From IMG/VR virus record IMGVR_UViG_3300025066_000099, positions 1 to 31,838 of that record: a DNA stretch of 31,838 nt; one strand, given 5' to 3'. The notes below the pieces were generated by a model. The model saw nothing but the letters and a program-made list of their open reading frames with translations. It ran no database searches and was not told the DNA's origin. Shown here piece by piece: positions 7,856 to 15,401 of this stretch. Source of the stretch: a virus (lineage: Duplodnaviria > Caudoviricetes). A program made the position numbers and the translations under genes. Every line of letters begins with the position of its first letter. Position 1 is the stretch's first letter.

Positions 7856-8517
7856 AACGGAAAGACGGTTGTGAATCTGGTGGCCCTAATTTAAAACCAA
7901 AGGATTATAAAGGTGATAAAGCTTTAGGTGAAGAGTTATATAAATTAAAAACTAAAAATGGATATTGGAGAAAACCAGTAAAGAAAGGAAAGCGACAGCG
8001 TAGTGATATACCAAAAGAACTTAAACTCAGAAGATGGCCTGAACTAGAAGGGATTGATGAAAAGGACTCATTATATAGACAGACCCTTAGAAGTATATCA
8101 CCTTCTTATTGGACTATAGGTTGTATATCATCAACGAGGACACGAGCTCGTTTAAGAGGTTTGGAACATAATATAGATAGACAATATTTAATGGACATAA
8201 TGGGGTATACACGTTTTGATTATTGGAATCCCGAGAAGGAAATATGTCCTGCATTAGGTATACCTTATGACTTTATGGCGAGGGGGAAAGGAGGTCGTTA
8301 TAATAGTAAATCTGTAGATAGGATAGACCCTACTAAAGGATATATCAAAGGTAACATAAGATTTATATCAAGACAGGCTAATAGTATGATTTTGAGTTCA
8401 ACACCAGAACAACAATTACAAATTGCTGTATGGAGAATAAAGAACGACACTAGTGAAATAACAGATAAAAATTTAATAAAGAAGTTGATTAAGGATGCCA
8501 CAAACTTTATATACTAA
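7852..8517 (+). CDS. His-Me finger/HNH-like endonuclease (probably a free-standing homing endonuclease)
   Basis: CPALGIP...SVDRIDPTKGYIKGNIRFISRQAN, typical of viral HNH-like nucleases; basic N-terminus. The start is 7846 or 7852. Confidence 0.7.
   Translation: MKRKDGCESGGPNLKPKDYKGDKALGEELYKLKTKNGYWRKPVKKGKRQRSDIPKELKLRRWPELEGIDEKDSLYRQTLRSISPSYWTIGCISSTRTRARLRGLEHNIDRQYLMDIMGYTRFDYWNPEKEICPALGIPYDFMARGKGGRYNSKSVDRIDPTKGYIKGNIRFISRQANSMILSSTPEQQLQIAVWRIKNDTSEITDKNLIKKLIKDATNFIY
8500..8516 (+). promoter_or_regulatory. Archaeal BRE/TATA promoter
   Basis: ACAAACTTTATATACTA with TTTATATA at 8506-8513; overlaps the last codons of the HNH gene. Confidence 0.7.
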
Positions 8518-8537
8518 CTTAGAATATAATTACTATA

Positions 8538-8570
8538 CGGACAGCACGTTTGCTGCTCCGACCCTTCGGG
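8538..8570 (+). promoter_or_regulatory. GC-rich structured 5' leader (two hairpins)
   Basis: CGGA-CAGCA-cgtt-TGCTG-c-TCCG (8538-8560), then CC-TTCG-GG (UUCG tetraloop, 8563-8570), lying between the TATA box and the GTGAT RBS. Confidence 0.55.
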
Positions 8571-8581
8571 AAAGTGATAAA

Positions 8582-8776
8582 ATGGATGAAAAAGAAACAA
8601 AACCATTGTCGGCATTTTTGTCAGACGCGGAAGTCAAAGTGGTTTGGCGTGAAGAAGAAAGGACGAAAGTTGGAAGAGGAATGATAACGAATGATGATGA
8701 AAATTTTGTATACCTTACAGGAGATAAGGGCACCGTTATTGTTAATAAAAGAGATATTATAGCTATAAAACAATAG
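8582..8776 (+). CDS. Sm/Lsm/Hfq-like small beta-barrel protein (64 aa)
   Basis: LSAFL..AEVKVVW...GRGMITNDDENFVYL...TVIVNKRDIIAI follows the Sm1/Sm2 layout (compare Hfq GxIxxFDxF...IYKHAI). A GTGAT RBS supports ATG 8582 over 8495. Confidence 0.6.
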   Translation: MDEKETKPLSAFLSDAEVKVVWREEERTKVGRGMITNDDENFVYLTGDKGTVIVNKRDIIAIKQ

Positions 8777-8786
8777 AGGTTAATAG

Positions 8787-10286
8787 ATGAACAACACACA
8801 GTTTAAACAAAACAATCAGAATACCGTAGGTCAATATGTTGAAGAATTAGAATTCGATAGACCTAAAAAAGGTAAGTTAAGAATAATGCCAGTCTCAGAT
8901 AGTGCATGGGCACCAACTGGATTTGGAACTAATACAAAAAATGTCAGTGCTATACTACATGAGGAAGGACACCATATAGGATATGCGGGGTGTCAGAATG
9001 ATAGACACAGTAAGTGGTATACTCCTTGGCCATTAGGTCAGACTGAGAAGCAAGTATATTTTGAACAATTACCTATTATGTACCCGGGCCAAGAAAGGTT
9101 CGGAGAAAAGTCTTTCCCACACTGGGTTAAGTTATTTAAACCAGATTTAGTTTTAGGACATTTAGATTTTCAAATGTTTAAACACATAACTGATTCTAAA
9201 ACCCCTACTCACGTACAGATGCCTTTTTTAAACCCAGAAACAGATAAACCATTTAATAGAAAAGAAAGAACTACAATGATGAATGAAGCTTTTAAAGAAT
9301 TGTCCAAGGGCAGTCCGTGGAAATTCGCTTGTATTATCCCTTATGATGGAGAACCATCTATACCAGCATGGCAACGACAATTAGATAATATTGAGTACGG
9401 TATAGCAATGTCCCGATATGGTCAACAGGGACTACTTAAAGATTTTAATAAAGAAACCACATACATACCACATGGAGTAGATACAGGATTATTCAAACCC
9501 ATACTAAATCCAAAGTATGGTAAATTAGATAAACCAGACGCATTTGTAGTAGGTTGTGTGGCACGAAACCAACACCGTAAAAACATACCACGTTTAATAA
9601 AGGGATTTGCTCAGTTCGTTAAGAGAAACAACCTCAGCCCAGACCAAGTTAAATTGATGTTGCATATGGATTGGAATGATTCTATGGGATGGAAATTTCC
9701 AGAGTTTGCTGAGCAGTATGATATAAAAGAATATCTAATGCCTCCTATGATGGGAGTATTAGATAGAGGAGAAGCTCTAGATGAAGTAGGAATGGCTAAT
9801 TTATACAATTGTATGGATGTTTTTGTTCTACCTACTGCTGGAGAAGGGTTTGGTATACCTACATTAGAAGCCATGTCGTGTGGAGTACCTATATGTGTTA
9901 CTAATTATACCACAGGTTATGAGCTAGTTAAATGTGAGGATGCTGAAAATGAGGAAGTACCTATGTATCCCGTTGGTGGACATCATAATGATGCTGGTCC
10001 TAATGGAAGAGACTATCTAGAAGAAGAAGATATTTGTGAGAGAGGTATATTATTACCTTATAAAGATATGTGGTGGGATACTCCTGCAAGAGCAGCACCA
10101 CAAAGAGCTATATGTAGTGAGAATGCTATATGTGAAGCTCTCGAGTATTATTATAAAAACCCTAATAAGCGTATGGCAGCTGCTAAAGCTGCACGAAAAC
10201 ACGCTGTTGATAAATATAGTTGGGATGTTATAGGAAAGAAATGGATAAAATGGGTTAATAAAATAACCCCGGAGATAAAGAAATGA
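8787..10286 (+). CDS. GT-B fold glycosyltransferase, family 4
   Basis: SDSAWAPTGFG, IPHGVDTGLF, VARNQHRKNI, DVFVLPTAGEGFGIPTLEAMSCG (ExFGxxxxE motif), YSWD; GAGGT RBS. Confidence 0.92.
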   Translation: MNNTQFKQNNQNTVGQYVEELEFDRPKKGKLRIMPVSDSAWAPTGFGTNTKNVSAILHEEGHHIGYAGCQNDRHSKWYTPWPLGQTEKQVYFEQLPIMYPGQERFGEKSFPHWVKLFKPDLVLGHLDFQMFKHITDSKTPTHVQMPFLNPETDKPFNRKERTTMMNEAFKELSKGSPWKFACIIPYDGEPSIPAWQRQLDNIEYGIAMSRYGQQGLLKDFNKETTYIPHGVDTGLFKPILNPKYGKLDKPDAFVVGCVARNQHRKNIPRLIKGFAQFVKRNNLSPDQVKLMLHMDWNDSMGWKFPEFAEQYDIKEYLMPPMMGVLDRGEALDEVGMANLYNCMDVFVLPTAGEGFGIPTLEAMSCGVPICVTNYTTGYELVKCEDAENEEVPMYPVGGHHNDAGPNGRDYLEEEDICERGILLPYKDMWWDTPARAAPQRAICSENAICEALEYYYKNPNKRMAAAKAARKHAVDKYSWDVIGKKWIKWVNKITPEIKK

Positions 10287-10648
10287 ACCTAGTATTTGGA
10301 ATGGATGGAGTAATATGTACTCCTTGTAAAGACTACCATGATGTAGAGCGCGCAAAAGTATTAACTAACGTAAAGGAATTTATGATGTGGTTAATGCAGA
10401 ATGAACACCATATAACTATCTGGTGTAAAAGACCAAACTCATTAGATTGGGTCATGGCCACTAAAGAATGGCTAGCTGATAATCAAATTCCATATAGTAG
10501 GTTATTGTTTGATAGACCTTATAATCCTGTTATGGTTACTGAAACACCCCCAAATGCTAAATACTATAAACATGATAGTGATTTAAATATAGTAGCAGAT
10601 ATGTTCGAGGAATGGAAAGAATGGAAAGTGAAGAAGTCCAAACAATAG
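10283..10648 (+). CDS. HAD-superfamily protein with degenerate motif I
   Basis: LVFGMDGVIC (DxD changed to GxD), ITIWCKR, TKEWLADNQIPYSRLLFDRP, as in small cap-less viral HAD phosphatases. Confidence 0.7.
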   Translation: MNLVFGMDGVICTPCKDYHDVERAKVLTNVKEFMMWLMQNEHHITIWCKRPNSLDWVMATKEWLADNQIPYSRLLFDRPYNPVMVTETPPNAKYYKHDSDLNIVADMFEEWKEWKVKKSKQ

Positions 10649-10998
10649 GTGCAGTAGGTCCATATGTTAAAGTCACATGGAATGACGCCGCAAGTACGTG
10701 GAAACAGATGAAAATAAATGCAGAAAACCCCTCCGAACATCTCACTCAATGTGAGACTCTTGGAGAATTAGTAGCTAAAGATGATAAAGCTATCGTGTTA
10801 GTAATGCATGGTTCCCAGTGTGATGGTGTAGATATAATGGCTATACCTCGTGATTGGTGCCAGAGTATAGAAGTATTAGAAAAAGCAGGTGATGCTTTAA
10901 TAGAACCAACAAGGAATAAATTATGTATTTTAGAGAATTCGGAATCCCAGCAAGAATTGCAAGATGTTACAACATCGACCAACTTGAAGGAAAAATAA
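10612..10998 (+). CDS. Conserved viral small beta-barrel (SH3/Sm-like) hypothetical protein
   Basis: VKVTWNDA...CETLGELVAKDDKAIVLV...AIPRDWCQSIEVL pattern, recalled from many phage proteins of unknown function. Confidence 0.55.
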   Translation: MERMESEEVQTIGAVGPYVKVTWNDAASTWKQMKINAENPSEHLTQCETLGELVAKDDKAIVLVMHGSQCDGVDIMAIPRDWCQSIEVLEKAGDALIEPTRNKLCILENSESQQELQDVTTSTNLKEK

Positions 10999-11993
10999 AA
11001 GAATTTAGTGGTAAGAAGAACTGTTATACTAGTGTATATGTGTTCGATGATACCATAGATAGAGCAGAAGGTAAAACTAATTATGATTCTGCTGTATTAA
11101 ATACTATATGGTTTGATTTCGATGATGAAAAGGATGTAAAAAAATGTTTAATGGACGTAAGAAAATTCATAAGAAAATACTGCAAGCCGAACGGAATAAT
11201 CCCGAGGATATATCTTACAGGGGGGAAGGGCTTTCAAATGAATATAGACCTATACTCCCACGTGGACTTGTCGGATACTATCAAAAGAGACATGCTAAGA
11301 AATTACTTAACATTCTTAAAAGAGAAATACAAACTTAAGACATTAGACCAAGCGTGTATTAATAATAGTGTAGCTTGTTTAAGAAGAATACCTAACACAC
11401 AATATATATCTAAGATTAATAATGAACCTACTGGGGTGTGGTGTATACAACTTAGCGTAGAAGAAGTAATGAAGATGTCTATTGAAGAGATATATGGTAT
11501 GGCTTTAGAGCCACGAACTGAGAAGTTTGAGACCAATAAGAGTAAAAAAGCTTTTAGACATTTTGTGGAGTATATGTGTGATGAAAAGGAAGTTAAGCAT
11601 AATGTATCATTAAGCATAGCTTACCTATTAGATAAAATTAACGATAATGTAAGCCCTATTAAGCATAGCTCTATACAGCATGATTATATTATGCCCCCTA
11701 GAAAATGCGTAATAGAGCTAATAGAGCATAATATAGAGCGTGGACATAGCAGCCACGAGGAAAATAAGATAATTGGTATGGAGTTAATCAATGCAGGATA
11801 CTCCAACCGTGACATTCATTTTATATTCGAGAGTATCTATAACGAGCCCGGCCGAGACTGGGGTTGGTATACTGATGAACCAGATAAGGCTGGACACATC
11901 ATAGATAATATGAGACAGAAAGCTTTAAATAGATATTCAAAGGATAAGTTAATACAAATGAAAGTATGTAAGGATAAATGTACTTGCATATGA
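10923..11993 (+). CDS. Archaeo-eukaryotic primase, PriS catalytic domain fused to a PriL-like C-terminal domain
   Basis: IWFDFD (motif I), LTGGKGFQ (motif II variant), LD...LRRIPNT; C-terminal PPRKC...SHEE...YS...VCKDKCTC resembles the PriL CTD. Confidence 0.85.
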   Translation: MYFREFGIPARIARCYNIDQLEGKIKEFSGKKNCYTSVYVFDDTIDRAEGKTNYDSAVLNTIWFDFDDEKDVKKCLMDVRKFIRKYCKPNGIIPRIYLTGGKGFQMNIDLYSHVDLSDTIKRDMLRNYLTFLKEKYKLKTLDQACINNSVACLRRIPNTQYISKINNEPTGVWCIQLSVEEVMKMSIEEIYGMALEPRTEKFETNKSKKAFRHFVEYMCDEKEVKHNVSLSIAYLLDKINDNVSPIKHSSIQHDYIMPPRKCVIELIEHNIERGHSSHEENKIIGMELINAGYSNRDIHFIFESIYNEPGRDWGWYTDEPDKAGHIIDNMRQKALNRYSKDKLIQMKVCKDKCTCI

Positions 11994-12006
11994 AGTGAGG
12001 TCAACT

Positions 12007-12366
12007 ATGGTAACATTAAAAAGACTAGAGAAACGTATGAACGATGTAGAAGCATGGGTCAAGGACTTTGATACAAGTCAAGGACCAGCACAGACAAGTG
12101 AGAACTTGAATTGGTTAGTAGGTCAAACCAGACAACTGGGTGAAAGACTTCAACAAACAGAACAACAAGCAATACAAATGCAGGAAGCTTTACAGCAGAA
12201 CGCAAAGATTGTAGAAACATTTGTTGAGGAAAACGAATTAGTTCAAGATTGGCAAGCTTATCTAACTAAACTACAACAGGAGCAAGAAAATGCCGTTCAA
12301 GAGTCAGAAACAGAGAGCTTGGATGTACAAGAACAAGCCGAAGATGGCAAAGAAGTGGGAGAGTGA
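12007..12366 (+). CDS. Gln/Glu-rich coiled-coil protein
   Basis: Long heptad region; a GAGGT RBS at 11997 supports ATG 12007. Confidence 0.7.
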   Translation: MVTLKRLEKRMNDVEAWVKDFDTSQGPAQTSENLNWLVGQTRQLGERLQQTEQQAIQMQEALQQNAKIVETFVEENELVQDWQAYLTKLQQEQENAVQESETESLDVQEQAEDGKEVGE

Positions 12367-12451
12367 AACACCGAAAGGTGCTAAACTACCCACTAAAGTA
12401 AAATCTAAAGGTAAAAAGAAAGCAACGAAACGCAAATATAAACGCAAGTAA
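12290..12451 (+). CDS. Highly basic 53-aa viral microprotein (not in ORF track)
   Basis: MPFKSQKQRAWMYKNKPKMAKKWESETPKGAKLPTKVKSKGKKKATKRKYKRK. GGAG RBS at 12279; the MPFKS..QR N-terminus is familiar from phage small proteins. Confidence 0.7.
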   Translation: MPFKSQKQRAWMYKNKPKMAKKWESETPKGAKLPTKVKSKGKKKATKRKYKRK

Positions 12452-12482
12452 TATTGGCGAAGACAAAACAAGGTGAAATATT

Positions 12483-12833
12483 ATGGCAATAATAACTATA
12501 AATTGTGCCGGAGACGATGGATGCAAAGCAGATGTATACGTAGCACGCTACGAAGTATATCCTAACGTAGACCCAACAGGGGTTTGTGTAGGATTTAGAG
12601 CTGTATGCAGTCCGAATGGTCTTTCCGGATACTGGGACACTGTTGTCCCGAACGCAGACATATCTGAAGGTGATACACCCAACGATATAGCAACACTAGC
12701 ATGGAGCGGAGTTACCGATTCCATCACAGGACTCTCAGGAACTATAGTCCCATGGGCTGAGACTGAGATGCATAAATCAACAATCATTGGTGAAGAATTC
12801 GCAGAGATTGTAGAATCAGGGAGTTCAGAATAA
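12483..12833 (+). CDS. Acidic hypothetical protein (possibly virion- or fibre-associated)
   Basis: 116 aa with an AGGTGA RBS; beta-rich, four Cys. Confidence 0.7.
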   Translation: MAIITINCAGDDGCKADVYVARYEVYPNVDPTGVCVGFRAVCSPNGLSGYWDTVVPNADISEGDTPNDIATLAWSGVTDSITGLSGTIVPWAETEMHKSTIIGEEFAEIVESGSSE

Positions 12834-12973
12834 TGGCTAAGAAAGCAGCTAAGACAGAAGAAGTTGTTGAAGAAGTCGTAGAAGAAAAATCTGAAGAAGC
12901 TTACACTACTAAAGTTATTAAAGGCTTTGAGTGGAAAGTTGATAAAGATGGAAAACTAATAGAGAGATTATAA
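12833..12973 (+). CDS. 46-aa microprotein (not in ORF track)
   Basis: MAKKAAKTEEVVEEVVEEKSEEAYTTKVIKGFEWKVDKDGKLIERL; TAATG coupling to the upstream gene. Confidence 0.7.
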   Translation: MAKKAAKTEEVVEEVVEEKSEEAYTTKVIKGFEWKVDKDGKLIERL

Positions 12974-12975
12974 AT

Positions 12976-13095
12976 ATGGCAAAAAAAGAAACAAAAAAAG
13001 AAATCAAAAAAGCAGAAGCTAAGGTGTTATGTCCAGATAAAGATGGGTATAAGTGTCTTGGATGTAGGGGCGGTAATCCCTGCTTGACTGCATAG
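12976..13095 (+). CDS. 39-aa Lys-rich, four-Cys microprotein (not in ORF track)
   Basis: MAKKETKKEIKKAEAKVLCPDKDGYKCLGCRGGNPCLTA; starts 2 nt after the previous stop. Confidence 0.6.
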   Translation: MAKKETKKEIKKAEAKVLCPDKDGYKCLGCRGGNPCLTA

Positions 13096-13185
13096 ATGGG
13101 GTTGCTTTCAACCCTTTCTCGTTGTAAGTGTAAGGATAATGAGCCTTGCACTTGCGGCAAACGAGTTTTAACAAACTTTAAATAA
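13096..13185 (+). CDS. 29-aa CxC...CxC metallothionein-like microprotein (not in ORF track)
   Basis: MGLLSTLSRCKCKDNEPCTCGKRVLTNFK; the ATG directly follows the previous TAG in the same frame. Confidence 0.4.
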   Translation: MGLLSTLSRCKCKDNEPCTCGKRVLTNFK

Positions 13186-13218
13186 TATTTTTAAAATAAG
13201 AAAAAGGCTTTTATAGTA
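13171..13218 (+). promoter_or_regulatory. One or two TATA promoters upstream of the RNR gene
   Basis: ACAAACTTTAAATA (13171-13184) and AAAAAGGCTTTTATAGTA (13201-13218) resemble the other promoter copies. Confidence 0.55.
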
Positions 13219-13257
13219 GCCCAAACTATAGTAATGAACCGCAATTGGAGTGGTAAA

Positions 13258-15123
13258 ATGTTTAAAAACGAAGTAGCAGAATTTATATATAAGAGAACGT
13301 ATTCACGTTGGTTAGAAGAAGAAAACAGGCGAGAAGATTGGCCTGAGACAATAGAAAGATTTATTAGTTTCATAATTTCAGAAAGGCCAGATATACCAGA
13401 AAAGACAATAAATAAAATAAGGAAGTATATGATGGAGTTTGCAGTAATGCCATCTATGCGTTTCCTTTGGGCAGCGGGCCCAGCAGCTAAAGCTGATAAT
13501 ACTTGTATTTATAATTGCTCCTTTGCTAAGATTAACTCCATCGAGGCTTTCGCCGAGTGTTTATATGTACTGATGTGTGGAACGGGGTTTGGCTTTTCAG
13601 TGGAACAAGAAGAAGTAATGAAATTACCTGAAGTGCCTGAAATAAAATCCGGTCAAGCATTAGCTAAGATTCTCATCGAGGACTCTAAAGCTGGCTGGGC
13701 TGACTCAGTAAAAACACTTATGGGAAGCCTCTATGATGGACAAAATATTTATTTTGATTATTCTAGTATAAGATTGGAAGGTGCTAGACTTATGACTATG
13801 GGTGGTCGTGCATCAGGCCCAGCACCATTAGTAAAACTACACGATTTTATTCGTGAAACAATGCACAATGCGCAAGGACGACAACTAACCACACTAGAAG
13901 CTCATGATATATGTAATCAGATAGCAGAGATTGTTGTTGTTGGGGGTGTGAGACGTAGTTCCCAGATATCCTTGAGTGATTTAACTGATAAAGAAATGAG
14001 ACATGCTAAAGAATGGCCTTTCCCTATTAAGAGGGCAATGGCTAATAATAGTGCAATTTATAGAAAGAAGCCCTCAGCGGCTGATTTCCTTATAGAGTGG
14101 GGAGCATTAGCTAAATCCGGTACTGGTGAAAGAGGTATATTTAATCTTTCCTCAGCACAAGCTAAAGCCCCCTCACGTCGTTACGCTCCACTCATACAGG
14201 GTACTAATCCTTGTGGAGAAATAATGTTACGAGATATGCAATTTTGTAACCTTTCGGAAGTGGTAGTAAGAGAAGACGATGACCTTGATACGTTGTTAGA
14301 CAAGGTTGAAACAGCAACATGGCTTGGTGTTATACAAAGTTCATTCACAGATTTTCCATATCTCAGAAAAGAGTGGAAAAAGAATTGTGACGTAGAAGCG
14401 CTTCTAGGCGTTAGTTTAACCGGTCAGATGGATAACCCTTCGATATTAACATCGGAGGCATTAGCGGCCCTTAAAAGCCGTGTTTTGCGTATATCTCGTA
14501 AAGCATCTACCATCCTCGGTACTAAAATGCCAGCAGCGACCACTTGTGTAAAGCCATCGGGCACTGTTTCACAACTTGTAGATTCAGCGTCTGGAGTTCA
14601 CCCAAGATATTCTCAATACTATATCCGTCGTTATAGAATAGCAGCTCGTGACCCATTGTTTAATTTGATGAGAGATGCTGGTGTTAAATGTAATCCTGAA
14701 AATGGTCAAACTAAAAAGGATGCTAGTACATGGGTATTGGAGTTCCCGGTCAAATCCCCTGACGGTTGTATAACTAGAACTGATGTATCTGCACTAGACC
14801 AACTAAAGCACTATAAGAATCTACAACATAACTGGTGTGAACATAATGCTAGTATGACTGTATATGTTAGAGATGATGAATGGTTCGAAGTAGGTAATTG
14901 GGTATACCAGAATTGGGATATTATAAATGGTGTATCTTTCTTACCCTACTCTGGAGGTAAATATGAATTAGCTCCGTATGAGGAAATTGACCATAGAACC
15001 TACGAAAGGCTTATAAAGGCTCAGCCCGTAATAGATTATAAGCAATTGTCACAATATGAGACTCAGGACAATACCCAAGGTAAATCTGAGTTTGCTTGTG
15101 TTGGAGATAAATGTGAAATTTAA
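13258..15123 (+). CDS. nrdJ: Class II (adenosylcobalamin-dependent) ribonucleotide reductase
   Basis: YNCSF, GVRRSSQI, TNPCGEI (thiyl Cys), CNLSE, TTCVKPSGT, C-terminal CVGDKC redox pair; no small-subunit gene nearby. GGAGTGG supports ATG 13258 (ORF open from 13234). Confidence 0.93.
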   Translation: MFKNEVAEFIYKRTYSRWLEEENRREDWPETIERFISFIISERPDIPEKTINKIRKYMMEFAVMPSMRFLWAAGPAAKADNTCIYNCSFAKINSIEAFAECLYVLMCGTGFGFSVEQEEVMKLPEVPEIKSGQALAKILIEDSKAGWADSVKTLMGSLYDGQNIYFDYSSIRLEGARLMTMGGRASGPAPLVKLHDFIRETMHNAQGRQLTTLEAHDICNQIAEIVVVGGVRRSSQISLSDLTDKEMRHAKEWPFPIKRAMANNSAIYRKKPSAADFLIEWGALAKSGTGERGIFNLSSAQAKAPSRRYAPLIQGTNPCGEIMLRDMQFCNLSEVVVREDDDLDTLLDKVETATWLGVIQSSFTDFPYLRKEWKKNCDVEALLGVSLTGQMDNPSILTSEALAALKSRVLRISRKASTILGTKMPAATTCVKPSGTVSQLVDSASGVHPRYSQYYIRRYRIAARDPLFNLMRDAGVKCNPENGQTKKDASTWVLEFPVKSPDGCITRTDVSALDQLKHYKNLQHNWCEHNASMTVYVRDDEWFEVGNWVYQNWDIINGVSFLPYSGGKYELAPYEEIDHRTYERLIKAQPVIDYKQLSQYETQDNTQGKSEFACVGDKCEI

Positions 15124-15125
15124 AC

Positions 15126-15401
15126 ATGGAATTTGAAAAAGATATCACTGGATATGGTCGTAAGATGGGTAGAGATGCAGGTCTAACAGCAGAAGGTAGA
15201 TTAGATGGAGTACATAGACTAGGAGACGGTATATGGAATGGTGCTCAACCATCTAACACAATACAAGCACGAACTATGAATCCCGGTGGAACAGAAACTG
15301 AAGGTGGCCAAGGAAATATTGGTGACTATGCCCCTACATACGGAAGAGATGATGGTGTTACTGGTAACCCTCGTGGTCCACCAGCTATGAATACACCTTA
15401 A
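15126..15401 (+). CDS. Gly-rich, probably disordered hypothetical protein
   Basis: 91 aa; last gene of the + block. Its stop overlaps the convergent stop (TTAA). Confidence 0.6.
   Translation: MEFEKDITGYGRKMGRDAGLTAEGRLDGVHRLGDGIWNGAQPSNTIQARTMNPGGTETEGGQGNIGDYAPTYGRDDGVTGNPRGPPAMNTP

Noticed and set aside
3207-7858. Identical junction TGGATATGAAA (W-I-stop / M-K-R) after both the SSB-like gene and polB
   Set aside because: Only 11 nt, and partly forced by ATGA coupling. There is no wider similarity, so chance cannot be excluded.
8538-8575. Possible hammerhead ribozyme (stem-UUCG-stem followed by GAAA)
   Set aside because: The CUGAnGA core is absent and no third stem is evident; kept only as a structured leader.
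2254-13373. Antisense and alternate-frame ORFs in the track within the + block (for example 2254-2571, 2892-3185, 3620-3928, 4901-5206, 8533-8799, 11303-11617)
   Set aside because: They lie on top of well-supported genes, lack RBSs and have shadow-ORF composition.
5624-15123. Inteins or introns in polB and nrdJ
   Set aside because: Both ORFs are continuous and of compact length, with no intein splice motifs seen.
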